Origin: Candidatus Enterousia sp.
Lineage (GTDB): Bacteria > Pseudomonadota > Alphaproteobacteria > Rs-D84
Assembly: GCA_045613785.1 (NCBI GenBank)
Contig: JAZLBQ010000007.1
Span: 64,001 to 128,000 of the forward strand
Direction: 5' to 3'
Length of the DNA stretch: 64,000 bases
A program made the translations under genes and the position numbers. The stretch's first letter is position 1; every line of letters starts with the position of its first letter. The notes under the pieces are model-generated. The model was not told where the DNA came from. It ran no database searches and saw nothing but the letters and a program-made list of their open reading frames with translations. Shown piece after piece: positions 38,832 to 48,739 of the stretch.

Positions 38832-39275
38832 ATGAAATATAATCTTGGTTTATTTGCGTGCGTGCTTATTCTGACGGGCTGTGCAGAATACAGTGTGATA
38901 AATAATTATTCGCTAGAAAAGTTTAATAATTCAGAAGTGCCAGTTTGCGTAAACTATCCCCAACGCGTCAAAAAGGTCGGTTATGCCTATCAGACAAAGG
39001 GGGTATGTGGCCCCATTCAAATTCCTGCTGAATACGAAGTCTTAGATGGTGAATGTGATGTCCTTGCACCAGAGGTAGTATCCTATTCATACTGTCTGGC
39101 TCAAATGCCAAAGCCTGTTCATCTGGTTGAAAAACAAGAAAAGGATATGACAATTTGTTATGATCGAAACAATCATGTTGAATTGCCCATATCGTATTGT
39201 CAAAAGGATATAAACGTAATACAAAACACAAATGTTACTACTCGTGTTTCCCAGGTGTCGGCATTTGTTTGGTAG
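38832..39275 (+). CDS. Lipoprotein
   Basis: MKYNLGLFACVLILTGC lipobox. Confidence 0.7.
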   Translation: MKYNLGLFACVLILTGCAEYSVINNYSLEKFNNSEVPVCVNYPQRVKKVGYAYQTKGVCGPIQIPAEYEVLDGECDVLAPEVVSYSYCLAQMPKPVHLVEKQEKDMTICYDRNNHVELPISYCQKDINVIQNTNVTTRVSQVSAFVW

Positions 39276-39325
39276 TTCAGAATAAAAGCAATAAAACAAG
39301 GGCAGCGTTTGCTGCCCTGATTTTT

Positions 39326-41392
39326 TTACTTATCATATTCACCTTCGAATATAAACGGTGATGCGGTTGCAGATTTTCCACAACAGGTATTTGCACGGTA
39401 TAAACTAAGTGTTTGTTTGGAACGAGTTGCCGCAACATAAAACAGTCGTCTTTCAGCCTCGTATGCTTCTGGACTGGTTTGAGATTGTGATTTAGGCCAG
39501 ATTCCGTCGTCAACGTTCAAGATAAATACTTGGTCATATTGGCGACCCTTTACACGCAGGGCAGTTGACAGTATAACACGGACATCATCTGAATTTTGCA
39601 GTGTTTCATTTTCTTCGGTCGCAAACTTTGCTTTTTCAATCGCTGCATTAAAGTCGTCCAAGAATCCGTCATAGTCATCACCATATTTTGACGCAAAGTC
39701 CAACAAACTGCGTAATGGTGGCTCACGGAAATACAGGTCTTCCATTGAACGGCTGTAATTTTGTTTCAAGCCATCAAAATTATTCAACAGGCAATCCAAT
39801 GTTTCATATACATTTTCTGCCGCCAAGAAATCCTGCAACAGACTTTCAAAGTTTTCGATAAAGGTGTCATCAAATATCCGAAATTCCTTTGGGTGTTCAG
39901 TTGCCAATGTTGCCAGTGCTGCCCGAATTGTTTCTGGTTTGGTGTTCATCTTCAAGAACGTCCGCCCGATTGTATTTCTGGCCTTTGGATATACCTGATT
40001 ACGACAGGCTAAACAAACCAGTTCGATTAAATCCTCCCGGTTTATGCGATTGCCTTTTTGTTTTATTGCCATCACACGGTTCAGGCTGGCTGCGGCATCA
40101 GTCAGAAAGAATGCCAAGTCAGCACTGACTTTATAGTCAACTTGTTCTTTGGTCAACAGCACCTGATAAGGCAACAAACTGGCCTTTAATCTAGACAACA
40201 CAGCGACAGTCTGATTGGTTTCTCTTGCAATTCGTTTAATTTCTGCCACAACGTCATCAATCATTTGTTCTTGGGTATCAAATACTTTCAGATTGATATT
40301 TGCCAAATCCATCGCAGTGCTTGATTTTACTGTTTTGGGTTCTCGATTTTTATTGTATGAAATCAATTTCATTGACTTTTCAACAATATTTTTAGGCGAA
40401 CGGAAATTTTCATCCAGTAAAAACGTAGTAAACATATTCCCAAATATTTCATCAGGGTGCAGAATAAAATATGGTGCAGCCCCACGGAATTCATAAATAG
40501 ACTGGTCGTCGTCGCCCACGATAATCAGCCCAGCATCATTTAATTTTTGCAGGTTTGAAATCAGCATTAAATCCAACGGGCTGGTATCTTGAAATTCATC
40601 GACAAAGATATAGTCTATTTTTGTTGCTCCGTTCCAACGTTCGCCACGTTGAACTTTTTTGTTCAGTTCAATATTTGCAAAATATTTTTGGTCATCAAAC
40701 GTATAGACGCCCATTGCTCTCATTTGTTCGCAGCAATCCCCCCAGAATGGAATCCAATATTTTACGATGAATTCGTCTTTATCTTTGATTGTTTTTATAA
40801 CACTGCTGCATTCCTGAATAAGCGTATCGACCAACGTGTTATAGTATCTTTCCAAGTCAACTTTTTTTATAAATTTCAGGTGTTCATCATAAATTTTCTT
40901 GTCTTGTTCATAATTGCCGGAAAAAGCGGTGTGCAAAAAGCCAATATTTTTGAATTGGTCAACGATATCCAGCATAGTCAGACATCTATTTTTATTAAAT
41001 TTACCTGAAAACATTTTACCAAAAGTATCCTTGTATTCAGGTTTGTCGCCCCAAATTGGTTGCAAGAAGTTTGAAAAACAAAATTGTCTGTCTTTTAGTG
41101 TGTTTAGTATTTTTGGGTTTTTTAGCGTGTTTGTTTTTATATAGTTGTTTCCCCAACTGTTCAGTGTATTTGCCGAAACGCAGTCTTCGTCATTGCAACG
41201 TTGTCTAATTTCATCAGCTGCCCCACGTGTAAAGGTAAACATATGAATACGGGCGCGATTTTTCTTTGCGATGATATTGCGTGCTTTTTCGATAATAGAA
41301 AAAGTTTTTCCGCACCCCGCTGGTGCCAGCAATCTGATAAACTTTGCATCACTGTTGATGAAATCTGATTGTGATTTAGTGTAATTCGACAT
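39326..41392 (-). CDS. UvrD/REP SF1 helicase
   Basis: APAGCGKT, VDEFQD, VGDDDQSIYEFRGA, ENFRS, KGRQY, ERRLFYVAATR. Confidence 0.92.
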   Translation of the reverse strand: MSNYTKSQSDFINSDAKFIRLLAPAGCGKTFSIIEKARNIIAKKNRARIHMFTFTRGAADEIRQRCNDEDCVSANTLNSWGNNYIKTNTLKNPKILNTLKDRQFCFSNFLQPIWGDKPEYKDTFGKMFSGKFNKNRCLTMLDIVDQFKNIGFLHTAFSGNYEQDKKIYDEHLKFIKKVDLERYYNTLVDTLIQECSSVIKTIKDKDEFIVKYWIPFWGDCCEQMRAMGVYTFDDQKYFANIELNKKVQRGERWNGATKIDYIFVDEFQDTSPLDLMLISNLQKLNDAGLIIVGDDDQSIYEFRGAAPYFILHPDEIFGNMFTTFLLDENFRSPKNIVEKSMKLISYNKNREPKTVKSSTAMDLANINLKVFDTQEQMIDDVVAEIKRIARETNQTVAVLSRLKASLLPYQVLLTKEQVDYKVSADLAFFLTDAAASLNRVMAIKQKGNRINREDLIELVCLACRNQVYPKARNTIGRTFLKMNTKPETIRAALATLATEHPKEFRIFDDTFIENFESLLQDFLAAENVYETLDCLLNNFDGLKQNYSRSMEDLYFREPPLRSLLDFASKYGDDYDGFLDDFNAAIEKAKFATEENETLQNSDDVRVILSTALRVKGRQYDQVFILNVDDGIWPKSQSQTSPEAYEAERRLFYVAATRSKQTLSLYRANTCCGKSATASPFIFEGEYDK

Positions 41393-41545
41393 TTTGCAAC
41401 CCTTGTTTTGTCCAGAAGTAATGTTATCCTAAATATTTTATATTTCTACAAATTTTTACGATTTTTGTCCTAGACAATGACATCAAATATTTTGTAGTCT
41501 ATAAGCGTTATACAAAGAATCTTTTAAAATTCCCAGGGGGCAAAA

Positions 41546-42976
41546 ATGGCAAAGAAACAGACGAAAAATCAAGAAAAACCAAACAAGAAAAAATATTATG
41601 TCCGTGCTGCATTTTTTAGTGCGATTTTTGGCATTTTGTCATTGCTTGGAATGCTGTATCTAGGTGGGGCAGGTTGGTTGGACAGCTTTATTACTGCGGT
41701 ATTTTGTGCTGGAATGATGTGGCTGTTGGTTCATGATCTGATTTTTCACAAGTATTGTGCATCTTGGTATCCGACAATTGGTATGTTGGGAACATTTGTT
41801 GGAATTTTTGTCGGATTACAAGGCCTAGATATTTCTGATTTTGCAACAATTGTTGATAACTTGTCTAATTTGCTAGACGGCTTGAAACTGGCATTTATTA
41901 CCAGTATTGTTGGTGTGGGGTTATCTGGCCTTCGAAAAATCTTGGATTACATTGGTGTGAACAAGATTGATACCGATGTTCAGGAAACTTCTTTGTTTGA
42001 AATCTTGTCAAACGGTTCGAACGCATCGCTTGCCATCAGTGAAAATACCGCACAATTCAAAGGTGGCGATATTGCAGGGCAAATTGCTGCATTGCAGGCC
42101 GAATTTAAGCAGTTTTCCGAACGTGCTGCTGAAAATATGGGAAATCAGTTTGCAAATGCCCTGGGGAATATTGCAACGGATTTGAATACAAAAATATCGG
42201 AACAGTTTGGTGGGAATCTTGCCAAATTTGCAGATTCTGTTGATGTCCTGGTCGAATGGCAAAAACAGAACAAGGCCGATATGGATTCTTACATTGCCCA
42301 GTTAAAAGCCTATGCGGATACCTATAATGAAAAACTGGATAAACTAACTGGTGCGGCTGACAGTCTGGAACAGATTATTACCCGTGCGAATGCCCAGATT
42401 GAAATTCTGGCCGGTGGCTTGACCGCAATGCAACAACTGGGCAAGGATGCCGCTGATGCAATCCCTCAGGTTCAATCCCTGGTGGCTGAGGCAAAAAATA
42501 CCTATGAACAGGTATCCACAATCCCTGCGGTTATCGAAAGTGGCCTTGAAACCGCCAACACCGATATTCAGACCAAGATGCAAGAAACGGCAAAACGTAT
42601 TGTTTATGACGTGACCAAGGCTGCATCCGATGAAATGGGAAAAATCAGCGATGTTGCCACCAAAAATATCACAGGAATCGAAACGGCACTAGAAAAATTG
42701 GATAACGCTGTTCGCAACTTCTATGGCGGTGCCGGTGCGTTAAGCACGCTAAAAGGGGAAATGGAACGCCTAAAAGCCAATCTAAGAGATGGTGGGAATT
42801 TCCTGTGTGGTGCAATGGAAAAAAGTGCAATAACTGTTTACGAAGAATTGAATAAGTATTCGGAAACACAGGCAAATATTGAACGTTTGTTGACCAAGCT
42901 AACCGAACAAGAAACTGCAAAAGCCGCCCAGACTACCAAAAAAACAAAAACATCAAAACAAAAGCAAGAGGCCTAA
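41546..42976 (+). CDS. zorA: ZorA-like MotA-family membrane protein with long helical tail
   Basis: PTIGMLGTFVGIFVGL...LLDGLKLAFITSIVG, then about 340 aa predicted coiled coil. Confidence 0.85.
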   Translation: MAKKQTKNQEKPNKKKYYVRAAFFSAIFGILSLLGMLYLGGAGWLDSFITAVFCAGMMWLLVHDLIFHKYCASWYPTIGMLGTFVGIFVGLQGLDISDFATIVDNLSNLLDGLKLAFITSIVGVGLSGLRKILDYIGVNKIDTDVQETSLFEILSNGSNASLAISENTAQFKGGDIAGQIAALQAEFKQFSERAAENMGNQFANALGNIATDLNTKISEQFGGNLAKFADSVDVLVEWQKQNKADMDSYIAQLKAYADTYNEKLDKLTGAADSLEQIITRANAQIEILAGGLTAMQQLGKDAADAIPQVQSLVAEAKNTYEQVSTIPAVIESGLETANTDIQTKMQETAKRIVYDVTKAASDEMGKISDVATKNITGIETALEKLDNAVRNFYGGAGALSTLKGEMERLKANLRDGGNFLCGAMEKSAITVYEELNKYSETQANIERLLTKLTEQETAKAAQTTKKTKTSKQKQEA

Positions 42977-42979
42977 TAA

Positions 42980-43711
42980 ATGCTGTTAAAAAATCATGAT
43001 GATTCATCGCATTTCATATCGCTGTCAGACATTATGACAGCCTTGATGATGGTCTTTATGTTTATTTCTGTGGCAATTATTACCCAGATTCAAAAGGAAA
43101 ACGTATCAGGCCTGCGTGAATCCCAGCAAAAACGTCAACAACACCTTGCAGCAACGATGATTGATGCTGTTGACAGCAAACTGGATCGTTGGGGGGCCAG
43201 TATTGATGCCGATAATCTGACTATAACTTTTGTGGATTCTGCTGGCACAGGTGCGGTATCTAGCGGTGGCAGTATTGCGGATTTTCGTTCCCGGACATTG
43301 TTTGATGTCGGCAGTTCTGAACTTAGTCCTGAATTTAAGCAGACGCTTTCTGAATTTTTCCCTGTTTATATCAAATGGGTTCAAAAGAACAAAGACCTGA
43401 TTCAGGAAATTCGTATCGAAGGTCATGCGGATTCCACGGGCAAGGCTGGTCAAACCGAACGTGAAAGTTATTTCTTTAATATGGCGCTGTCCCAGGCACG
43501 CACAATCAGTGTGTTGGAATATTGTATGACCCTGCCGAACTTTACAAATACTGATTTTGAAAATATGAAGGAATTTATAACCGCCAACGGTTTCAGTTTT
43601 TCCCACGTGATAAAGGATGCCAGTGGTCGTGAAAATCGTGCTGCATCACGTCGTGTTGAATTTCGTGCGTTGCCAAAAAGTGTATTCCAAACCAAGTCAG
43701 GGGATTTGTAA
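42980..43711 (+). CDS. zorB: ZorB-like MotB/OmpA protein
   Basis: ISLSDIMTALMMVF TM with conserved Asp; IEGHAD, NMALSQAR, SRRVEF. Confidence 0.88.
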   Translation: MLLKNHDDSSHFISLSDIMTALMMVFMFISVAIITQIQKENVSGLRESQQKRQQHLAATMIDAVDSKLDRWGASIDADNLTITFVDSAGTGAVSSGGSIADFRSRTLFDVGSSELSPEFKQTLSEFFPVYIKWVQKNKDLIQEIRIEGHADSTGKAGQTERESYFFNMALSQARTISVLEYCMTLPNFTNTDFENMKEFITANGFSFSHVIKDASGRENRAASRRVEFRALPKSVFQTKSGDL

Positions 43712-44901
43712 TGTCAGGTATAAAAATGACCGATGTCGGTGAATTTGATGCTTTAAAGCCTGTTGTTGACCGTTTGCACGAATTGGCCAGGCGGGTTGGT
43801 GCCCCTGATGTCTATGCCGAAATCCCGGAAACTTTTTATGGCAGCCTGGACGAATTGGTTAACGATGGATATCTGGTCGCCCCACGGCAGGACGACAAGG
43901 GAAATTTTGTCCCGACAACGACAGGTCAGGTCTTGCGTAATCGTGATGGTGACGTTGTGTTTTTGTATATCCCAGATTCATCAAATGTTCCCCGTGATGA
44001 AAAAAAACGTAATCGTATTCATATGTATTGGTGCGGTCATTTGACCCGGGGCCTGAATGAAAAACGTCAGGATCGTTATTGTGGCACGGTTGATGTTTCC
44101 GACAGTGGATATTTCTGCATGGAAAACGATGCAGTTGTTCGCATGTTGCCGTGTAAAAATTGCTATGATTATGCACATCGCTATCGTGATTGCGACTATG
44201 GCACGATTGACAAGTTCAAATACAAAAAATTTGCCACCGAAAACAGTTTAGATGCAAAACGCAAGGCCATTAAATCAACTGTTGGCAATGGTGTTGACGC
44301 AACACCAATTTATGGGTGTGCAAATTGTGATTTTACAACCACTGACCCTGATGAACTGGACCCAAAATATCTGTTATGCCCGACCTGTTTTGCGATGGAG
44401 CAAATATTTTTACCGCTTCGCAGTGCCAGAACACTGGACGACTTGCGTGATTGGTTTACAAACACAGGAACCAAGGATTTACGTTATGGCAATGGTCAGA
44501 CCCCACTAATGTATCTGGTTCGTCATAATTCACGCCCAAAACTTATCAAGGCAATGGTTGAAACATATGGCTGTGATGTAAACGCCACTGACAACGATAA
44601 CAAAAGTGTTCTGATGCACTTTGTAGAAAGCAATAACCTTCGTCCATATTCTGACTTGTCTGATGAACTTGATACTTTGCGTTCATTAGGGGCAAATGTA
44701 AAGCATGAACACCGTGTTCCTGACAAGATGCTGGGGCATGCAAACAAAATGGCTGTTGGATATGCCGGGGAAAATACAGAATTACGTCGTGCACTGCTGG
44801 CATGGGCTGGACGCTATGGTATGTCCAAGGCTGATAACAGAAGAAGGGTTTCTTACAGTGTTGACCGTTCTGGATTTCGCTCACGTGATGACGATGATTG
44901 A
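43711..44901 (+). CDS. Zorya third component: Zn-binding domain, HNH-less CxxC pair, ankyrin repeats
   Basis: RIHMYWC..L...RY...CKNC; CANC...LCPTC; GQTPLMYL, DVNATDNDNKSVLMH; coupled to zorB. Confidence 0.7.
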   Translation: MSGIKMTDVGEFDALKPVVDRLHELARRVGAPDVYAEIPETFYGSLDELVNDGYLVAPRQDDKGNFVPTTTGQVLRNRDGDVVFLYIPDSSNVPRDEKKRNRIHMYWCGHLTRGLNEKRQDRYCGTVDVSDSGYFCMENDAVVRMLPCKNCYDYAHRYRDCDYGTIDKFKYKKFATENSLDAKRKAIKSTVGNGVDATPIYGCANCDFTTTDPDELDPKYLLCPTCFAMEQIFLPLRSARTLDDLRDWFTNTGTKDLRYGNGQTPLMYLVRHNSRPKLIKAMVETYGCDVNATDNDNKSVLMHFVESNNLRPYSDLSDELDTLRSLGANVKHEHRVPDKMLGHANKMAVGYAGENTELRRALLAWAGRYGMSKADNRRRVSYSVDRSGFRSRDDDD

Positions 44902-44970
44902 CAATAACGCTATACATTAGTCGGCAGTCTATGCTATGATTTTTTTGTCGGATTTCAATAGGGGATTTCA

Positions 44971-45999
44971 ATGGCACAACGCAAGGCAAAGAAAATTCGT
45001 GATGACAACAAAAAATTCGGTAAATTACTGGATTTGATTCAGGCACTCAGCAGTTATTCCAACGGCATGACCTATGACCAGATTATGGAATTGATGGAAT
45101 ACAGTGATGTTCGCCAGGCAAATCGTGATATCGGATTTATCAAGACTCGTTTTGCCGACACCTTTGCCGAAGAACGTGATCGTGAAAACTATCGGTTAAA
45201 GCGTTTCCGGTTGTATAATCCTGACGGCCTGCCACTGGAAAATTTAACGGACGAAGAACTGGTGGCTCTGGCGGCGGCAATACAATCGATAAACAATCAG
45301 GATATCAGGATTCCACTGGAAAAATTACAGTATAAAATAAATCAGTTCTTGGTTGCGAACAAGCGTCGCAAAATAGCCCGCTATATGGATTTGGACAGCA
45401 TTGTTTTATCACGTGCTGCATCGCATATTCCTCATCCGCATATAAAAACAGATGAAAATATAATTCATCAAATCGACAATGCAGTTTTGTCATTTACCAA
45501 GGTTTTGATAACATATACCTATGATGACGGCGGCACTCGGCAATACAAGGTTCGCCCACTAGGATTCTTATACGGAAAAAATAATAATTACCTGGTTGCA
45601 TACCGTGATGATGACCCAAAACTTGTCCGATCGTATGTTCTGGGGAATATCAGCCAGGTTATCCCCACTGACGAGTCTTTTGATGCAGGCGATTTTGATA
45701 TTGAATCTTATGCAAAAAAGTCTTTTGGGATATATCACTCGCCAAATGGACCATTTGATATAGAATGGCGTGCATCGCCAGATGTTGCCAACGCAGTTAT
45801 GCGATATACATTTCATCCTGAACAAACTTTGACCAAGAATCCAGACGGCTCGGTCAGTATTCGTTTTCGTGCAGATGGTTTTATGGAAATGGCACTGTAT
45901 CTGTTCCAGTGGCGTGGCAAAATCGTCCCGGTTGCCCCAACTGAATTGGTCGAAGAGTATCGTAAACTATTGACCACCGCTTTGGAATCAATATCATAA
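44971..45999 (+). CDS. HTH-WYL-WCX transcriptional regulator
   Basis: N-terminal wHTH (QANRDI), VRPLGFL...YLVA...RSYVLGNI, FHPEQ, PTELV. Confidence 0.9.
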   Translation: MAQRKAKKIRDDNKKFGKLLDLIQALSSYSNGMTYDQIMELMEYSDVRQANRDIGFIKTRFADTFAEERDRENYRLKRFRLYNPDGLPLENLTDEELVALAAAIQSINNQDIRIPLEKLQYKINQFLVANKRRKIARYMDLDSIVLSRAASHIPHPHIKTDENIIHQIDNAVLSFTKVLITYTYDDGGTRQYKVRPLGFLYGKNNNYLVAYRDDDPKLVRSYVLGNISQVIPTDESFDAGDFDIESYAKKSFGIYHSPNGPFDIEWRASPDVANAVMRYTFHPEQTLTKNPDGSVSIRFRADGFMEMALYLFQWRGKIVPVAPTELVEEYRKLLTTALESIS

Positions 46000-46069
46000 T
46001 ATTATTCTCAAACGTCCAATTTTGTCCGACGATATTGTTATATTAGTCTTGTAAACAACGGGAACAGAT

Positions 46070-46627
46070 ATGAACAAATCGAAATTATTTACATTGTTTG
46101 TCATTTTTATCGGTGTGATGTTGGGGTATTTTATGACCGCACGTCCTACATGTCCAGATGTTCAGGAATGTGACGATTTCGCCTATGATGGTGATTTTGT
46201 TGCTCAGTATTATCTGGAAAACAAGGATAAATATTGTTATTCGTATTGGGTCCCACACGGTGGTTTATGGCAAGAAATATGTTTTGACACCGCTGCCCAG
46301 TGTCAGGCAGAACTGGCTGCCGATTGGCACAAGACGAACACAGAAACATGCTATATCCCGTCCATTGTGCCAGCCTGGTGTGTTGGTGATATCCAAACAG
46401 GCGAATATCGCACAGACGACGTTGTCGGCGAAGAATATCAGCTTTTGGCGACAATTTGTGTTCAGGATAAAAACACCTGTGAACAAATGCGTCGCTATCA
46501 ATTGCCATACAGCAAATTTGAGTGTGTTGGCAGAATGGTATTCCAGCATGAAAGCGAAACATCATATCTGACCCCTGATTACGAACTGGAATCAATAATA
46601 AAAAATAACGAAAACAGCCCAAGGTAA
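46070..46627 (+). CDS. Cysteine-rich exported/membrane hypothetical protein
   Basis: N-terminal TM, repeated C...C motifs. Confidence 0.6.
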   Translation: MNKSKLFTLFVIFIGVMLGYFMTARPTCPDVQECDDFAYDGDFVAQYYLENKDKYCYSYWVPHGGLWQEICFDTAAQCQAELAADWHKTNTETCYIPSIVPAWCVGDIQTGEYRTDDVVGEEYQLLATICVQDKNTCEQMRRYQLPYSKFECVGRMVFQHESETSYLTPDYELESIIKNNENSPR

Positions 46628-46632
46628 AAAAT

Positions 46633-47844
46633 ATGCACGAAATCAAATGTCCAAATTGTGGAAAAACATTCAGCACAGACGAAGCCGCCTATGCTGCGAT
46701 TTTGAAACAAGTTCACAACAGTGAATTTGACAAAGCACTGGCCGAACGCATTGACCAGTTTAACCGTGAAAAGCAGGACGCACTGACTCTGGCTGCTGCC
46801 CAGGCAGAACAGGCCAAAACCACAGCCCTGGCACAACAACAAAAACAGATTTCTGAATTGAACATCAAGGTTCTAGAATTGGAAAAAGGCAAAGATCTGG
46901 CGGTTGCTCAGGCGATTGCAAAAATACAGTCAGACCTAGCTGACAAGGATAAAAAGATTGTCGAATTAAATGGTCTGATTGAAAGCACAAAACACAAAGG
47001 TGCTCTGGACGTTCAGTCGCTTAAAAATGAATACGAGGCAAAACTGCGTATCAAGGACGAAGAAATTGCTCTTCACAAAGATATGAAGACCAGAATGTCA
47101 ACCAAGATGGTTGGCGAAACCTTGGAACAGCATTGCAGTATTGAATTTGAACGCCTGCGTGCCACTGCGTTCCAGCACGCAGAATTTGGCAAAGATAACG
47201 ATGCAGCATCTGGCAGCAAGGGCGACTTTATCTTCCGTGATTTTGATGCCGATGGTAATGAATACATTTCAATTATGTTCGAAATGAAAAATGAATCTGA
47301 TGCGACCACATCAAAACATAAAAACGAACACTTTTTCAAGGAATTAGACAAAGACCGCAACGAAAAGAAGTGTGAATATGCTGTTCTGGTATCACTTTTG
47401 GAACAAGACAACGAACTTTATAACAGTGGTATCGTCGATGTTTCGCATAAATACGACAAAATGTATGTAATTCGCCCACAGTGCTTTATTCCAATGATAA
47501 CACTGTTACGTAATGCCGCACAGAAATCAATCGATTACAAGCGTGAAATAACACGTCTAGAACGTGCCAGCATTGATGTGTCGAATTTTGAAAATGCAAT
47601 GAACGCCTTCAAAGACGGTTTTTCAAGAAATTGCAAAGATGCTGGCGACCGCTATGAAGAAGCGATAAAAAACATAGACGACATCATCAAAAAATTGGAA
47701 AAGACCAAAGATGCCTTGCGTTTATGGAACAAACATCTGGGAACAGCCGCAAATAAATTGGAAGATTTAACGATAAAAAAACTAACACGTGACAATCCGA
47801 CAATGGCTGCTAAATTTGCTGCTGCCGCCACATCAGACGACTAA
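46633..47844 (+). CDS. DUF2130-like protein (Zn ribbon, coiled coil, PD-(D/E)xK-like domain)
   Basis: IKCPNCG, STKMVGETLEQHC, KGDFIFR...FEMKNE, YVIRPQ. Confidence 0.85.
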   Translation: MHEIKCPNCGKTFSTDEAAYAAILKQVHNSEFDKALAERIDQFNREKQDALTLAAAQAEQAKTTALAQQQKQISELNIKVLELEKGKDLAVAQAIAKIQSDLADKDKKIVELNGLIESTKHKGALDVQSLKNEYEAKLRIKDEEIALHKDMKTRMSTKMVGETLEQHCSIEFERLRATAFQHAEFGKDNDAASGSKGDFIFRDFDADGNEYISIMFEMKNESDATTSKHKNEHFFKELDKDRNEKKCEYAVLVSLLEQDNELYNSGIVDVSHKYDKMYVIRPQCFIPMITLLRNAAQKSIDYKREITRLERASIDVSNFENAMNAFKDGFSRNCKDAGDRYEEAIKNIDDIIKKLEKTKDALRLWNKHLGTAANKLEDLTIKKLTRDNPTMAAKFAAAATSDD

Positions 47845-47941
47845 AGGCAGGGGGCAGGCATAAAAACATAACAACACGATTGACATTTTGTCTTTTGGTT
47901 GCATAATATTCCTTGTATCTAGAATATCAGGGGAATATCTA

Positions 47942-48739
47942 ATGAACGAAACGCCACGTGTATCTGTTTTAATGCCTGCATACAATGCACAGAATTTTAT
48001 TGGCCAGGCAATTGAATCTATATTGACCCAAACGTTTCGTAATTTTGAATTTATTATCATCAATGATGGGTCAACCGATAAAACCCCTGAAATAATTCAG
48101 TTTTATGCCGACAGGGATAAACGAATTAGGTTTATAAATAATCCGGAAAATCAGGGGCTAATTGCGGTCTTGAATCAGGGACTTGATATTTGCCGTGGGG
48201 AATATATTGCCCGTATGGACAGTGATGATATTTCTTTGCCTGGTCGTCTAGAAGCCCAGGTGAAATACATGGACTTTCATCCTGCGTGCGGTGTTCTTGG
48301 AACTTCCCAGGTTTTGTTTGGTGATATAAATCAACCTGTGTTTTATCAACCTGTTGTTCACATCCTGGACATAATGACTTATAACCCTGTTTCTCATCCA
48401 ACAGTGATGTTTCGTAAATCTGTTATCGACGAACACAACATCCGTTATAACCCAGATTACAAACATTGCGAAGACCTAGAGCTCTGGACCCGAATGATTC
48501 ATATAACCCAGATTCATAATTTGCAAACTATCTTTTTATATAATCGCATAACCGCAGGCAATGTTACTACTACACACTGGGAGCATCAGCAGAAATTGAC
48601 CCAGAAAATACGTCAACAGGTCAAAGATTACATTTTGGGAAATCCAGAAGTTATAAGCCAGATTTTATCATCTTTACAAACTGAAAAACCACGTATTATG
48701 GTCGTAAGTTTAGATGTTGTCGCTTTGAATAAAAAATAG
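47942..48739 (+). CDS. GT2 glycosyltransferase
   Basis: VSVLMPAYN, NDGSTD, ARMDSDD, EDLELW. Confidence 0.9.
   Translation: MNETPRVSVLMPAYNAQNFIGQAIESILTQTFRNFEFIIINDGSTDKTPEIIQFYADRDKRIRFINNPENQGLIAVLNQGLDICRGEYIARMDSDDISLPGRLEAQVKYMDFHPACGVLGTSQVLFGDINQPVFYQPVVHILDIMTYNPVSHPTVMFRKSVIDEHNIRYNPDYKHCEDLELWTRMIHITQIHNLQTIFLYNRITAGNVTTTHWEHQQKLTQKIRQQVKDYILGNPEVISQILSSLQTEKPRIMVVSLDVVALNKK

Noticed and set aside
41546-43711. Flagellar motAB or exbBD/tolQR
   Set aside because: Long ZorA-type tail, SD-M TM motif and defence context; no flagellar or tonB genes nearby
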